Below are positions 1-12,840 of a stretch of 64,000 nucleotides of DNA, piece after piece. This stretch comes from the human T2T-CHM13v2.0 reference genome, Homo sapiens. The stretch lies in the NCBI RefSeq assembly GCF_009914755.1, contig NC_060926.1. One strand, given 5' to 3'. Positions within the stretch are counted from its first letter, which is position 1, and every line of letters starts with the position of its first letter. The notes beneath the pieces were generated by a model. It made no database searches. It had not been told where the DNA came from and saw only the letters and a list, made by a program, of their open reading frames with translations. Both the position numbers and the translations under genes were made by a program.

Positions 1-91
1 GTTCTCTCATACTCCTAGAGTACAGCCTTTCATTGTTGAAAATGTAAGCCTGGAATATTGAAATAGCCCTCTTTGGTATGTCCTGAACTAC

Positions 92-352
92 TTTTTTTTT
101 TGGGGGGTGGGGGACAGGGTCTCACTCTCATCGCCCACGTGAGAGTGCAGTGGTGCAATCGTGACTCATTGCAGCCTCAACCTCCCAGGATCAAACAATT
201 AAGCAATTTTCCCACCTCATTTTTTGACTTTTTGTAGAGACGAGGTATAACTATGCTGCCCAGGCTGGTTTTGAACTCCTAGGCTCAAGTAATCCTTCTG
301 CCTCAACCTCCCAAACTGTTGGGATTACAGACATGGGCCACTACGCCTGGTC
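92..352 (-). mobile_element. AluJ-like SINE with internal deletion
   Basis: Poly-T, then reverse-complement Alu arms (GACAGGGTCTCACTCT...GGGATTACAG...). TSD TGAACTAC at 84-91 and 354-361. Confidence 0.9.
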
Positions 353-650
353 TTGAACTACAATTGTTGCTCTTTCTGCTGGCAACTACTTAGCCACTCA
401 ACCTCTTAAAAACTCTTTTTAGAATTGACAAATTCTCTAAAAGAAAAAGCAGCATAAATCCTTGTCTTCTTAATATTGGTTCTACAAATTATTTCTGCTG
501 TACAGATGTCTTTTTCTTCTCTTTTTGGAGAGTGAGGAGGAAAATCTAGTTAACTTAATTGCTGGGTTTTTTTTTTTTTTTCCACATTGGTTAGGTTAAG
601 AACAATCTGATCCTTTATGTCTGAAGGTATTTGGTGGTTGTTTATGCACT

Positions 651-2575
651 AAACATAATAGTAGACAACTTCAATACACAATGTTCAATAATGGATGAGA
701 AAACCGGACAGAAGATCAATAAGAAAATGGAGTACTTGAGCAACACTATAGACTAATTGGACCTGATGGACTTATACAGAACAGTGCACAACAGCAAAGT
801 AATCAACGTTCTTGTCAAGCACACATGGAACTTTCTCCAGCATAGATCACATGTTAGTCTACAAAACAAGTCTTAACAAACTTAAAAGATGGAAATCAAA
901 GAGAGTATCTTTTCTCATTACAATGGAGTGAAACTAGAAATCAATACCAGAAAAAAACTGAAGAACCCACAAATATGTGGAAATTAGAATACTCATTCTT
1001 AAATAGCCAATGGGTCAAAGAAAAAAAATCACATGAGAATTAAAGAATATCTTAAGACAAGTGAAAACAAAAACACAGCAAATCAAAACTTACAGAAGCA
1101 AGCAAAAGCAGTACTAAGAGAAAAGTTTATAGTGGTAAATATTTACATTTAAAAAGAAAAATCTCAAATCAACAACTTAACTTTATACCTCAAAGAAACA
1201 GAAAAAGAAGAACAAACTGAAACCAAAACAAGCAGAAGAAAGGAAATAATAAAAAATAGAGCAAAAATAAACAAAGTAGAGAATAGAAAAACCATAGGAA
1301 AAAGTGAAAACTAAAAGTTGTTTTTTTTAAAGAGATCAGCAAAATTGACAAAACCTTAGCTGAGTTAACCAAGAATAAAAGAGAAGACTCAAGTAAGTAC
1401 AATAAAAAATGAAAGAGAGGACATTATAACTGATACCACATAAATAGATAAGACTATAAGAGAATACAATTGTGCACCAACAAATTGTGTAACCGAAAAA
1501 TGAATAAATTCCTAGAAGCATGCGACCTACTAAGACTGGATCATGAAGAAATGGAAAATCTAAACAGCCCAATAATGAGTGAGGAGATTGACTCAAAAGC
1601 ATCCCAACAAAGAAAAGCCAAAGTCCAGGTGGCTTTACTGGACAATTCTACCAAACATAACATTTAAAGTGTCTCTGTAACAAAAAATGTCAATCCTATT
1701 GAAATTGTTTCAAAAAATTGAAGAGAAAGAAACACTCCCAAACTCATTCGGTAAAGCCTTAATGCTAAAGGCAGACCAAGAAATTATAAGAAAAAAAAGG
1801 CAAATCAATAACCCTGATGAATATTGATGGAAAAATCCTCCGCAAAATATCAGCAAACCACATTCAACAAATCATTAAAAGAATTATATAGCATGACCAA
1901 GTGGAATTTATTGCTGCAATGCGAGAATGATTCAGCATATCAAAATCAATCAATGTAACACACTACATTAACAGAATGAAGGACAAAACCACATGATCAT
2001 GATAAAAAAAAATCTCAAAAAACTAGAAACTAAAGAAAACTAACTCAACATTATAAAGGTCATATATGAAAAGTCCACTATTAACATCATATTCAATGGT
2101 GAAAGATTAAAAGCCATTTCTCTAAGATGAAGAATAAAAGAAGGATGCCACTCTGCCGCTTCTGTTTGATATAGTACTGGAAGCCCTAGCCAGAGCAATT
2201 AAGCAAGAAAAATAAATAAAAGTCCTCCAAATTTCCAAAGAAGGAAAATTATCCTTATTCATAGAGGACATGATCTCACATATAGAACACCTAAAATTCC
2301 ACCATAAGCCTTTTAAAACTAATACATTCAGCAAAATATTAGGATACAAAATCAACATGCAAAAGTCAGTTGCATTTCTATTCACTAACAATGAACAACT
2401 TGAAAAGGAAATTAAGAAAACAATTTCATTTACAATAATGACAAAGAGAATAAAATAGTTAGAGATAAACCTAGCCAAGGAAGTAAAAGACTTGTATGCT
2501 GATAACTATAAAACATTATTGAAAGAAATTAAAGACAAACCAAAAGACATCTTATGTATCTGGATTGCAAAACTT
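651..2575 (+). mobile_element. Old L1 (L1MB-like), ORF2 part 1, 5'-truncated in the endonuclease region
   Basis: Degenerate ORF2 peptides (KMNKFLEACDLLRLDHEEMENLNSPI; FSKILGYKINMQKSVAFL) with many stops. Continues in register after the nested L1PA. Confidence 0.9.
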
Positions 2576-2591
2576 AATGATGTTAATATGC

Positions 2592-5500
2592 TGAGTGAGG
2601 GGCCAAGATGGCAGAATAGAAACAGCTGTGGTCTGCAACTCACAGTGAGACCAACGCAGAAGGTGGGTGATTTTTGCAATTCCAAGTGAGGTACCCAGTT
2701 CATCTCATTGGGACTGGTTAGGCAGTGGGTGCAACCCATGGAGAGTGAGTAGAAGCAGGGTGCGGCGTTGCTTCATCCAGCAAGTGCATGGAACCAGGGG
2801 ACCTCCCTCCCCCAGCCAAGGGAAGCAGTGAAGGACTGTGCTACCTGCCCTGGGTATTAGGCTTTTCCCATGGATTTTTGCAATCCACAGAACAGGAGAT
2901 TCCCTTATGAGCCTATACCACCAGGTCCCCGGGTTTCAAGCATAAAACTGGACAGCTCTTTGAGCAGGAATCGAGCTGCAGAAGTTTTTTTGTGCTCCTG
3001 CGGCGCCTGGAACGCCAGTGAGACAGGAGAACCGTCCACTCCCCTGGAAAGGGGGCTGAAGCCAGGGAGCCAAGTGGTCTTGCTCAGCAGGTCCCGCTCC
3101 CATGGAGCCCAGCAAGCTAAGAACTACTGGCTTGAAATTCTCACTGCCAGCACAGCAGTCAGGAGTCAACCTGGGATGACAGAGCTTGGTGGGGGGAGGG
3201 GCAATGGCTTTTCATGAGGCTTTAGTAGGTGGTTTTCCCCTGACAATGCTAGGAGACTGGGATGTTTGGACTGGGCGGAATTCACCACAGCACTGCAAAG
3301 CAGCTGTGGCCAGACTGCTTCTCTAGATTCCTCCTCACTGGGCAGGGCATCTCTGCAGGAAATGCAGCAGCCCCAGTCACGGGCTTACAGGTAAAACTCT
3401 CATCTCCCTGGGACAGAGCACCTGTGGGGAGGGGTGGCTAAGGTGGCAGCTTCAGTGGACTTAATCTTTCCTGCCTGCTGACTCTGAAAAGAGTGGCTGA
3501 TCCTTCCAGCACAACACACAAGCTCTGCTAAGGGACAGCCTGCCACCTCACGTGGATCCCTGACCTCCATGTCTCCTGACTGGGAGAGACTTCCCAATGG
3601 GTTGACAGACACCTCATATGGAAGAGCTCCAGCTGGCATCAGGCCAGCGCCCCTCTGGGATGAAGCTTCTGGAGGAAGGAGCAGACAACAATCTTTGCTG
3701 TTTTGCAGCCTCCACTGGTGATACCCAGGTGAACAGGGTCTGGAGTGGACCTCCAGCAAACTGCAGCAGACCTATAGATGAGGGGCCTAACTGCTAGAAG
3801 AAAAACTAACAAACAGAAAGCAACAACAACAAAAACATCAATAAAAAAGACCCCCCAACAAAAACCCCATCCAAAGATCATCAGCCTCAAAGATCAAAGG
3901 TAGATAAATCCACGGAACATGAGGAAAATTCCAAAAGCCAGAATCCGTCTCCTCCTCCAAATGATTGCAACACCTCTGCAGCAAGAGCACAAAACTGGAT
4001 GGAGAATGAGACTGACGAACTGACAGAAGTAGGCTTCAGAAATTGGGTAATAACAAATTCCTCTGAGCTAAAAGAGCATGTTCTAACCCAGTGCAAGGAA
4101 GCTAAGAACCTTGATAAAAGGTTACAGGAACTGCTAACTAGAATAACCAGTTTAGAGAGGAACATAAATGGCCTTTTGAAAAAAACATAAATTTTTTTTT
4201 GAAAAAACTTAATAAAATAGGTCACTAGCTAGACTAATAAAGAAGAAAAGAGAGAAGAATCAAATAAACACAATAAAAAATGATAAAGGGGATATAACTA
4301 CTGATCCCACAGAAATACAAACTACCATCAGACAATACTATAAACACATCCATGGAAATAAATTGGAAAATATAGAAGAAATGGATAAATTCCTGGTCAC
4401 ATACACCCTCCCAAGACTAAACCAAGAAGAAGTCAAATCACTGAATAGACCAATAACAAGTTCTGAAAATGAGGCAGTAATTAATAGCCTACCAACCAAA
4501 GAAAAGCCCGGGACCAGACAGATTCACAGCCACATTCTACCAGAGGTACATAGAGGAGCTGGTACCATTCCTTCTGAAACTATTCCAAACAATTGAAAAG
4601 GAGGGACTCCTCCCTAACTCATTTTATGAGGTCAGTATCATCCTGATACCAAAACCTGGCAGAGGCACATCAAAAAAAGATATCTTCAGACCAATATCCC
4701 TGATGAACATTGATGAGAACATCCTCAGTAAAATACTGGCAAACCAAATCCAGCAGCACATCAAAAAGCTTATCTGCCACGATCAAGTCAGCTTCATCCT
4801 TGAACCATGCAAGGCTGGTTCAACATATAAAATCAATAAACATAATTCATCACATAAACAGAACCAATGGAAAAAAACACATGATATCTCAATGGATGCA
4901 GAAAAGGCCTTTGATAAAATTCAACATCCCTTCATGTTAAAAACTCTCAATAAACTAGGTATTGATGGAACATATCTCAAAATAATAAGAGCTATTTATG
5001 ACAAACCCATAGCCAATATTATACTGAATGGGCAAAAGCTGGAAGCATTCACTTTGAAAACCAGCACAAGATAAGGATGTCCTCTCTCACCATTCCTATT
5101 CAACATAGTATTGGAATTTCTGGCCAGGGCAGTTAGGCAAGGGAAATAAATAAAAGGTATTCAAATAGGAAGAGAGGAAGTCAAATTGTCTCTGTTTGCA
5201 GATGCCATGATTCTATACTTAGAAAACCCCATCATCTCAGCTCCAAAACTCCTTAAGTTGATATGTAACTTCAGCAAAGTCTCAGGATACAAAATCAATG
5301 TGCAAAAATCACTAGCATTCCTATGTACCAACAATAGACAAGCAGAGAGCCAAATCATGAATGAACTCCCATTCACAATTGCTACAAAGATAATAAAATA
5401 CCTAGGAATACAGCTAATGAGATACGTGAAAGACCTCTTCAAGAACTACAAACCACTGCTCAAAGAAATAAGAGAGGACACAAACAAATGAAAAAACATT

Positions 5501-7170
5501 CCATGCTTATGGATAGGAAGAATCAATATTGTGAAAATGGCCATACAACCCAAAGTAGCTTATAGATTCAATGCTATTCCCATCAAACTACCATTGACTT
5601 TCTTCACAGAATTAGAAAACACTACTTTAAATTTCATATGGAACCAAAAAAGATCTCATATAGCCAAGACAAACCTAAGCAAAAAGAGCAAAACTGGAGG
5701 CATCACACTACCTAAATTCAAACTATACTACAAGGCTACAGTAGCCAAAACAGCATAGTACTGGTACCAAAACAGATGTATAGACCAATGGAACAGAACA
5801 GAGACCTAGAAATAACACCACACGTCTACAACCATCTGATCTTTGACCAACCTGAAAAATACAAGCAATGAGGAGAGGATTCCCTATTTAATAAATGGTG
5901 CTGGGGAAACTGGCTAGCCATATGCACAAAACTGAAACTGTACCCCTTCCTTACAACTTATACAAAAATTAACTCAAGATGGATTAAAGACTTACATGTA
6001 AAACCCAAAACCATAAAAACCCTCAAAGAAAACTTAGGCAATAGGAACATAGGTACGGGCAAAGACTTCATTACAAAAACACCAAAAACAATTGCAGCAA
6101 AAGCCAAAATTGACAAATGAGATCTAATTAAACTAAAGAACTTCTTCACAGCAAAAGAAACTATCATCAGAGTGAACAGGCAACCTACAGAATGGGAGAA
6201 AATTTCTGCAGTCTACCCATCTGACAAAGGTCTAATATCCAGAATCTATAAGAAACTTAAACAAATTTACAAGAAAAAAAAACCCCATCAAAAAGTAGGC
6301 AAAGGTTATGAACAAACACTTCTCAAAAGAAGACATTTATGTGGCCAAAAAATATATGAAATAAAACTCATCGTCACTGATCTTTAGAAAAATGCAAATC
6401 AAAACCACAATGAGATACCCTCTCAAGCCAGTCAGCATGGCAATTATTAAAAAGTCAGTAAACAATAGATGCTATCAAGGCTGTGGAGAAATAGGAACAC
6501 TTTTACACAGTTGGTGAGAATGTAAATTAGTTCAACCACTGTGGAAGATAGTATGGCAATTCCTCAAGGATCTGGGACCAGAAATGCCATTTGCCCCAGT
6601 AATCCTGTTACTGGGTATATACCCAAAGGAATACAAATCATTCTACTATAAAGACACTTGCACATGTATGTCTTTTGCAGCACTATTTACAATAGCAAAG
6701 ACATGGAACCAACCCAAATGTCCATCAATTATATACTGGATAAAGAAAATGTAGTACATACATACCATGGAATACTGCATGCAGCCATAATAAAGAATGA
6801 GATCATGTCCTTTGCAGGGACATGGATGAAGCTGGAAGCCATCGTCCTCAGCAAACTAGCACAGGAACAGAAAACCAAAGACTGCATGTTCTCACTCATA
6901 AGTGGGAGTTGAACAATGAGAACACATGGACACAGGGAGGGGAACAACACACACCAGGGCCTGTCAGTGGGTGGGGGACAAGGAGCGGGAGAGCATTAGG
7001 ACAAATACCTAATGCATTTGGGGCTTAAACCCTAGGTGATGGGTTGACAGGTGCAGCAAACCACCATGGCACATGTATACCTATGTAACAAATCTGCACA
7101 TTCTGCACATGTATCCTGGAATGTAAAGTAAAAATAAAAATAAATAAATAAAATAATAAAAAAAGAAAAA
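2592..7170 (+). mobile_element. L1PA8-L1PA10-like LINE-1 with complete 5'UTR and 3' end but a large internal deletion, nested in L1MB
   Basis: Starts GGGGCCAAGATGGC. ORF1 N-terminus (ENETDELTEVGFRNWVITNSSELKEHVLTQCKEAKN) joins ORF2 past the EN domain at ~4170-4200. RT motif [10 protein letters not shown], 3'UTR and poly-A present. TSD AATGATGTTAATATGC (2576-2591) / AATATTGTTAATATGC (7171-7186). Confidence 0.95.
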
Positions 7171-7186
7171 AATATTGTTAATATGC

Positions 7187-8833
7187 CAACACTACCCACA
7201 GTGATGTACAGATGCTGTGTAATCCCTAGGAAAAAAATGACTTTTTTTTTGCAGAAATAAAAAGAAAGAACAAAATTCATATGGAGACTTAAGGGATTCT
7301 AAATAGCCAAAACAATTTTGGGAAAAAAAAAAACTAAGTTCTTATACTTAGTGATTTCAATATATATTGCAAAGCTACAGTAGTCAAAACAGTGTGCTAC
7401 TGGCATAAAGACAGACAGTAGACCAATGGAATAGAATAGACTGCCCAAAATAATCCCTTATGTGTCTGATTAAGTAATCTTAGATAAGGGTATCAAAAGC
7501 ACCTAATGGGGAACGATAGTCTCTATAACAAATTGGGGGTGGGAAAACTGGATATCGACATGCAAAGAATGAAGTTGGGCCTATATATTTCTCCTTACAA
7601 AAAGATTAACTCAAAATGAATTAAACACATAAACATAAGAACCAAAACAATAAAATTCCTAGAAGCAAACGTAAGGGAAAAGCGTCATAACATTGGACAT
7701 GGCAATCAATTCTTGAAGATGACACTCAAAGCATAGGCAATAAAAGCAAAAATAAACAAATGAGACTACATTAAATGTTTAAATTTCTGTGCATCAAAAG
7801 GCACAGTCAATAGAGTGAAAAGATAACTTACATAATGGGAAAAACATTTGCAAACTATATATCTGATAAAGGGTTAGAGTAATATCCAGGACATGTGAAG
7901 AATTTCTACAACTCGACTGTTGACAACAAAAACCAACCCAATTTAAAAATGGGCAAATGACTTAAATAGATATATATTTCTCCAGTGACATGGAAATGAT
8001 AAACAAGCATGGGAAAAGATGTTCAACATCACCAGCCATTAGAGAAATGCAATCCAAACCACAAAGAGATATCATCTAACACCCATTAGGATGGATACTT
8101 AGGTTATCTAATAATAAATAAAAATCAAGTGTTGACAAAGATGCGGAGAATTTGATAAAGTGGAACCCTGTGTGCTATTGGCAGGAATGTAACATCATAC
8201 AACCACTATGACAAACAGTATGGCAGTTCCTTAAAAACTTAAAAATGGAACTATCATATGATTCAGCAATCCCTCTTCTAGGTATATACTAAGAAAAGTT
8301 GAAAGCAAGGTCTCAAAGAGATATTTGTGCATCCATGTTCCTAGTAGCATTATTCACAAAAGCTAAAATGTGGAAGCAACTCAAAGTCCATCAATGGATG
8401 AATGGATAAGCAAAATGAGGTATATACATACAGTGGAATATCATCCAGTCTTAAAAAGTAAGGTCACTGTCTTGCATGCTACAACATAGCTGAGCCTTGG
8501 AGATATTATACCAAGTGAAATGGGCCAGTTAGAAAATGACAAATAATGTATAATTTTACTTACATAAGTTATGTAAAGCATTCAGATTCATGGAAACAAT
8601 GGAATGGGGCTTATCACAGTTTGGGGGGAGAAGGAAATGAGTTGTTGTTTAATAGGTACAATATTTTGGTTTCGCAAGTTGCAAAAATTTTAGGGATCTG
8701 TTACACAACAATGTGAATATACTTAATGCCACTATTCTGTACACTGAAACATGGTTAAGATGCTAAATTTTACATTGCATGTTTTTTACCACCGTTAAAA
8801 AATAAATGTGTAATGATTAAATAATAAAAAAAA
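7187..8833 (+). mobile_element. L1MB-like ORF2 end, 3'UTR and poly-A (continuation of 651-2575)
   Basis: Resumes ORF2 right after the TSD. Ends ATGTGAATATACTTAATGCCACT...ATGGTTAAGATG...TTACCAC plus an A-rich tail, typical of L1MB. Confidence 0.88.
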
Positions 8834-10241
8834 GAAAGCGATGATCGTGGCAGCCCCTGCGCTCACAGTATAATTATAGTGGTGCTGGCATTGGGTTGAT
8901 TAATCTCTCAGAAGAAGAGGAAATGATGTCTATAATAAAGTTATTATGAAGTAAGTATCAGAAGTATAACCTTGATGCCATGATAGAAGATGAAAAAAGC
9001 CAGAGGAGAGTAAAACACAAAGGACTAGGTGGCTTTTCAGAAGGGCCTTGAAGCATTCCTAAGATTTTGACCAGTGAAGCTGCTGAGTGAAAAACCAATT
9101 CATGTCCAGGGAAGTTTTTCAGAGCATTGTATTTGTAGAGGTATAGTGAAATTGAACCTGGATTTGTCAGCTGGAGTGGAAGCCTTGAGTGCAAGATTAA
9201 TAAGCAACATTTGGTTTGTGTAGTAGCCAAGAGGAGCTAGCAGAGGTTTCGGGGATGAGTTCACTTGAACAGAGATGCACTTTAGGATGATGAGCAGCAG
9301 CAGCAGCAGACAGGATGAATGGCTGTGATATGAGAAAGAAGCAGAGAGTGGTTAAGAGACGAATACAGCCTGCCAACTGAAAAGCAATGATATACTCCGT
9401 TACGCCTTCATCAGGAAAGGTATGGCTCCACTGAGCGGGGATGGTTGCTGAAAACCAGCCAGTTCTCTGCACCCCAAACTGTGCTCCTGAGGGAAGAGAT
9501 GCCTTTTCCTCATTTGTACAACATTATATTATGAGATGGAAGTGGCCTTGGTACTGGTGAGGCATTGTGAAATGGAACCCAAATCCAGATACATTGTTTT
9601 TAGAGAGAGGGATGAATAAGTCACCTTGGAAAGTCCATGTCAGGGAGTCATGGAGAATGAAGTAATATTAACAGGAAGAGGGAGGTCAGGAGGATAAGGT
9701 GTGGTTATTTAGATGTGTATGTTCATTTAAGATCTGAAAATATTACAAAATAACAACAGCAACAAAATCTAATGGAAACTCTTTGTAATGAAGTGTGTAG
9801 ATTTCAGGATATTAAATATTAATGGAGGTTTCTAGATATCTCCAAAGCACTGTGGGAACAGTGCTTTGTACATGATAACAGCCATCTTTTGTTCCTTTTG
9901 TTCATGCTTGCTAAAAATTGGGGGATCTTAGACAACCATTTACAAAAAATATCCTACCCTGCACAGGGCAGGCTCTCTGGGCCTGGTCAGCAGTTACAAC
10001 TTTTGTTTCTAGAAGTCTGTGTGGCTCTGTGTGTCCTCTGTAGAGATTTCCTTCTCTATCCACTAACTCTCTCAGTTAACATTCTTCACCCTTTTTAGTT
10101 TATTGGATTTTTTTTTCTTTCTTTTTTTTTCCCCATCTGTGTGTTTGTTTGCCTGTTTCTCCATCTTCATCCTCCAACCTTGCTAGTTTGTTCATTCACA
10201 CGTTCATTTGGTCATTATTCACACATTCATTTATTAAGCCC

Positions 10242-10685
10242 ATGTGGTAGGCAGAATTCTAGGATGTTCCTCTGAATCCCACCCCATGTCAGAGATAGAA
10301 GATGCTAGAGAGAGTCAAAGCTGCAACAGATGTTGTCCTATTGGCCTTGAAGGAACAAACTTCCCTGTTACAGAGATGGCCACAGATCAAGAAATGGCAG
10401 GAGGCCTCTAGGACCTGAGCCTAATCCTGGCTGGTGGCTCAAAAGAAAGTAGGGACCTGCAGCTATAAGGAACTGAATTTTGCCAACAACCACACGATCT
10501 AGAAAGAAAACCCAGAGTCCCAGAAAGGAACACAGCTTGGCCAACATCTCTGATTCAGTCTTCTGAGACCCTGAAACTGCATCTGTACTTTTGCCCTACA
10601 GAAACTGTGAGATAATAAATAAAGGGTGTTATTTTAAGCCTCTGTGGTTGTGGTTACTTATACATCACAATAGAAAATTGGAACA
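10242..10685 (+). mobile_element. MLT1 (MLT1E-like) MaLR LTR
   Basis: TGTGGTAGGCAGAATTCTA start, CAGAAACTGTGAGATAATAAAT, and TTTAAGCC...CAATAGAAAA end. Inserted beside an L2-type (TTCA)n tail at ~10185-10240. Confidence 0.8.
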
Positions 10686-11821
10686 GGTTGACCTTCATTC
10701 CTGTTAGTTTGTTTCTGGGCCTGTGTTCCAGAGCTACTAACTCTGCTTACCCAACCCACTGTGCTAGCACCATTGTCCCTGAGTTCCCCAGTGGAGAGCC
10801 AGGATTCTCCATTTCCTGGGCCTGCACACGATTCTTGGTCAGGAAACTGTTTACCGTGCTCATCTCCTGGGGTCTACGTCCTTGTTTTGACTTAAACACA
10901 CAACTTTCTAGCCAATCTCTGCACAAACTGACCTGACTGTTTCCTTTTTCCCCCACAACATTGACAGTCACCCTATCGTTTACCAGTCCAGGCAGTCCTT
11001 TTCTTTAAGCCAGTCTTTTCTTTCTGCAGCTACTCCAAGACCTGATATTAAAGGGAGGAAAGAGTTTTGATCAATCAGTGTAAAACAAAATCAGCTCAGA
11101 AAAATCTGGTCACAATCATCATCATTTTAATGAAGGGGAACATAAAGTTAGTGCCTTCTTAGCCAGGAGTCGTTTGTCCATCAGTGAGCGATACAGACTC
11201 TGAACCTTTGAGGAAATGTTTGAGATAATCTGGCCAATGCTGATAGTGTGGGGGTAAATTCAGGACAATCGAGCAACCTTGCTGGTACAAGATCTCGCTT
11301 GGTGAGGTGTGCCACAAGCTTGCCACCCCCAAACTGATATTCTCACTTTGCCCTCAAGACTATGAACTCTGCCAGTACCTTTGTTTACCACTCAGAGTTG
11401 CAGCTGCTGTCTTTGGATGAGGGAGAAGAGAGACTTACCCCTGGGAGTCCAGATTTGTAGAAGTTCCAGGTAGAAGCAGGAGTCAGGAAAACGTAATATT
11501 TGTCTTCTGCAGCAGTTCATGCATCTTTTTGTTTGTAAGACACTAAAGGCCTAAATTGAAATTATCTCTTCCACCAATGCTTTCTCTCTCATATTGCTAT
11601 TGTTCTTTATTTCTGCTGTCCATGCTTTTATTTTTCCTTTTTGGAATCCATAAGAAGAGAATACCATTCCCAACTTAGGTGAGGGGTCATCCTCCATTTA
11701 CCCTCCTGTCTTTGCATAAGTGTATGATGTTTCATATGGCAAATACTGTATCAAATGAATTGTATGACATAACTAGATACAGAGCAGCATTTTGTGAAAA
11801 ATAAGTACTGCTTTGGAATAA

Positions 11822-12154
<333 letters not shown>

Positions 12155-12784
12155 TAAATATATAGGATTCTTTTGCTATTTGAAGGAGGGGGATAAAATA
12201 CTGAAACATTTGAAATTAATGATGAGGAGAATGAAGACTCTTAAAAAAAAAAACCTTTTCATATAGGAATCTTTGAAGCAAAAGCAAAGGATTATACCCT
12301 ACTCATCACATGAAAGAAAGTACAAAGGAATATTGTAAATGTTTTATGAGTTGAATCATGTTTAGATGAAATCTGCATTTACCACAATTAGAGTGAAATA
12401 AGCGGGTAATGTAAAGGTTGGAAATGTTTAATATATTTTCCAGATTTTCTGAGTTTCAACTGCTTAAATGAAAATATTTAGAGAAGACCAAGTCTTATGG
12501 GTGAGATCAAAACCTTAGAGATTGGAAAGAAATGAGTTTTTCCCCTGTTCCCCACAGCATGTGCACAGCCTATGGCCTTTGCTTACTGGCAGAATGTGGG
12601 ATGAACTTCATAGGCCCTGAGAATGTGGGTTTTTCTCACCAAAGTTAGCAGCAGATATTTTAAAAACAGCTTTCAAAACAGCAGATGCCATTTTTTATTA
12701 AAAAAACCCCACATGAGTCAGATTTAAGACAAACTAAAATTTATTACTCTAGGTGAAGACTTCTTAATTGTTCTTACTTAATAA

Positions 12785-12840
12785 GACTTTTATCATAATA
12801 AATACAATTCATGGACTTTTATCATAATAAAAACAATTCA
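12785..12840. repeat. 29-bp tandem duplication
   Basis: GACTTTTATCATAATAAATACAATTCATG followed by GACTTTTATCATAATAAAAACAATTCA. Confidence 0.95.

Noticed and set aside
3999-6912. Cluster of ORFs with reverse-transcriptase-like peptides suggesting an active retroelement or novel RT system
   Set aside because: Ordinary L1 ORF1/ORF2 fragments with stops, frameshifts and no EN domain.
8880-9700. Purine-rich stretch with a short (GCA)n run, possible exon or L2 body
   Set aside because: No convincing splice pair or ORF; too decayed to assign.
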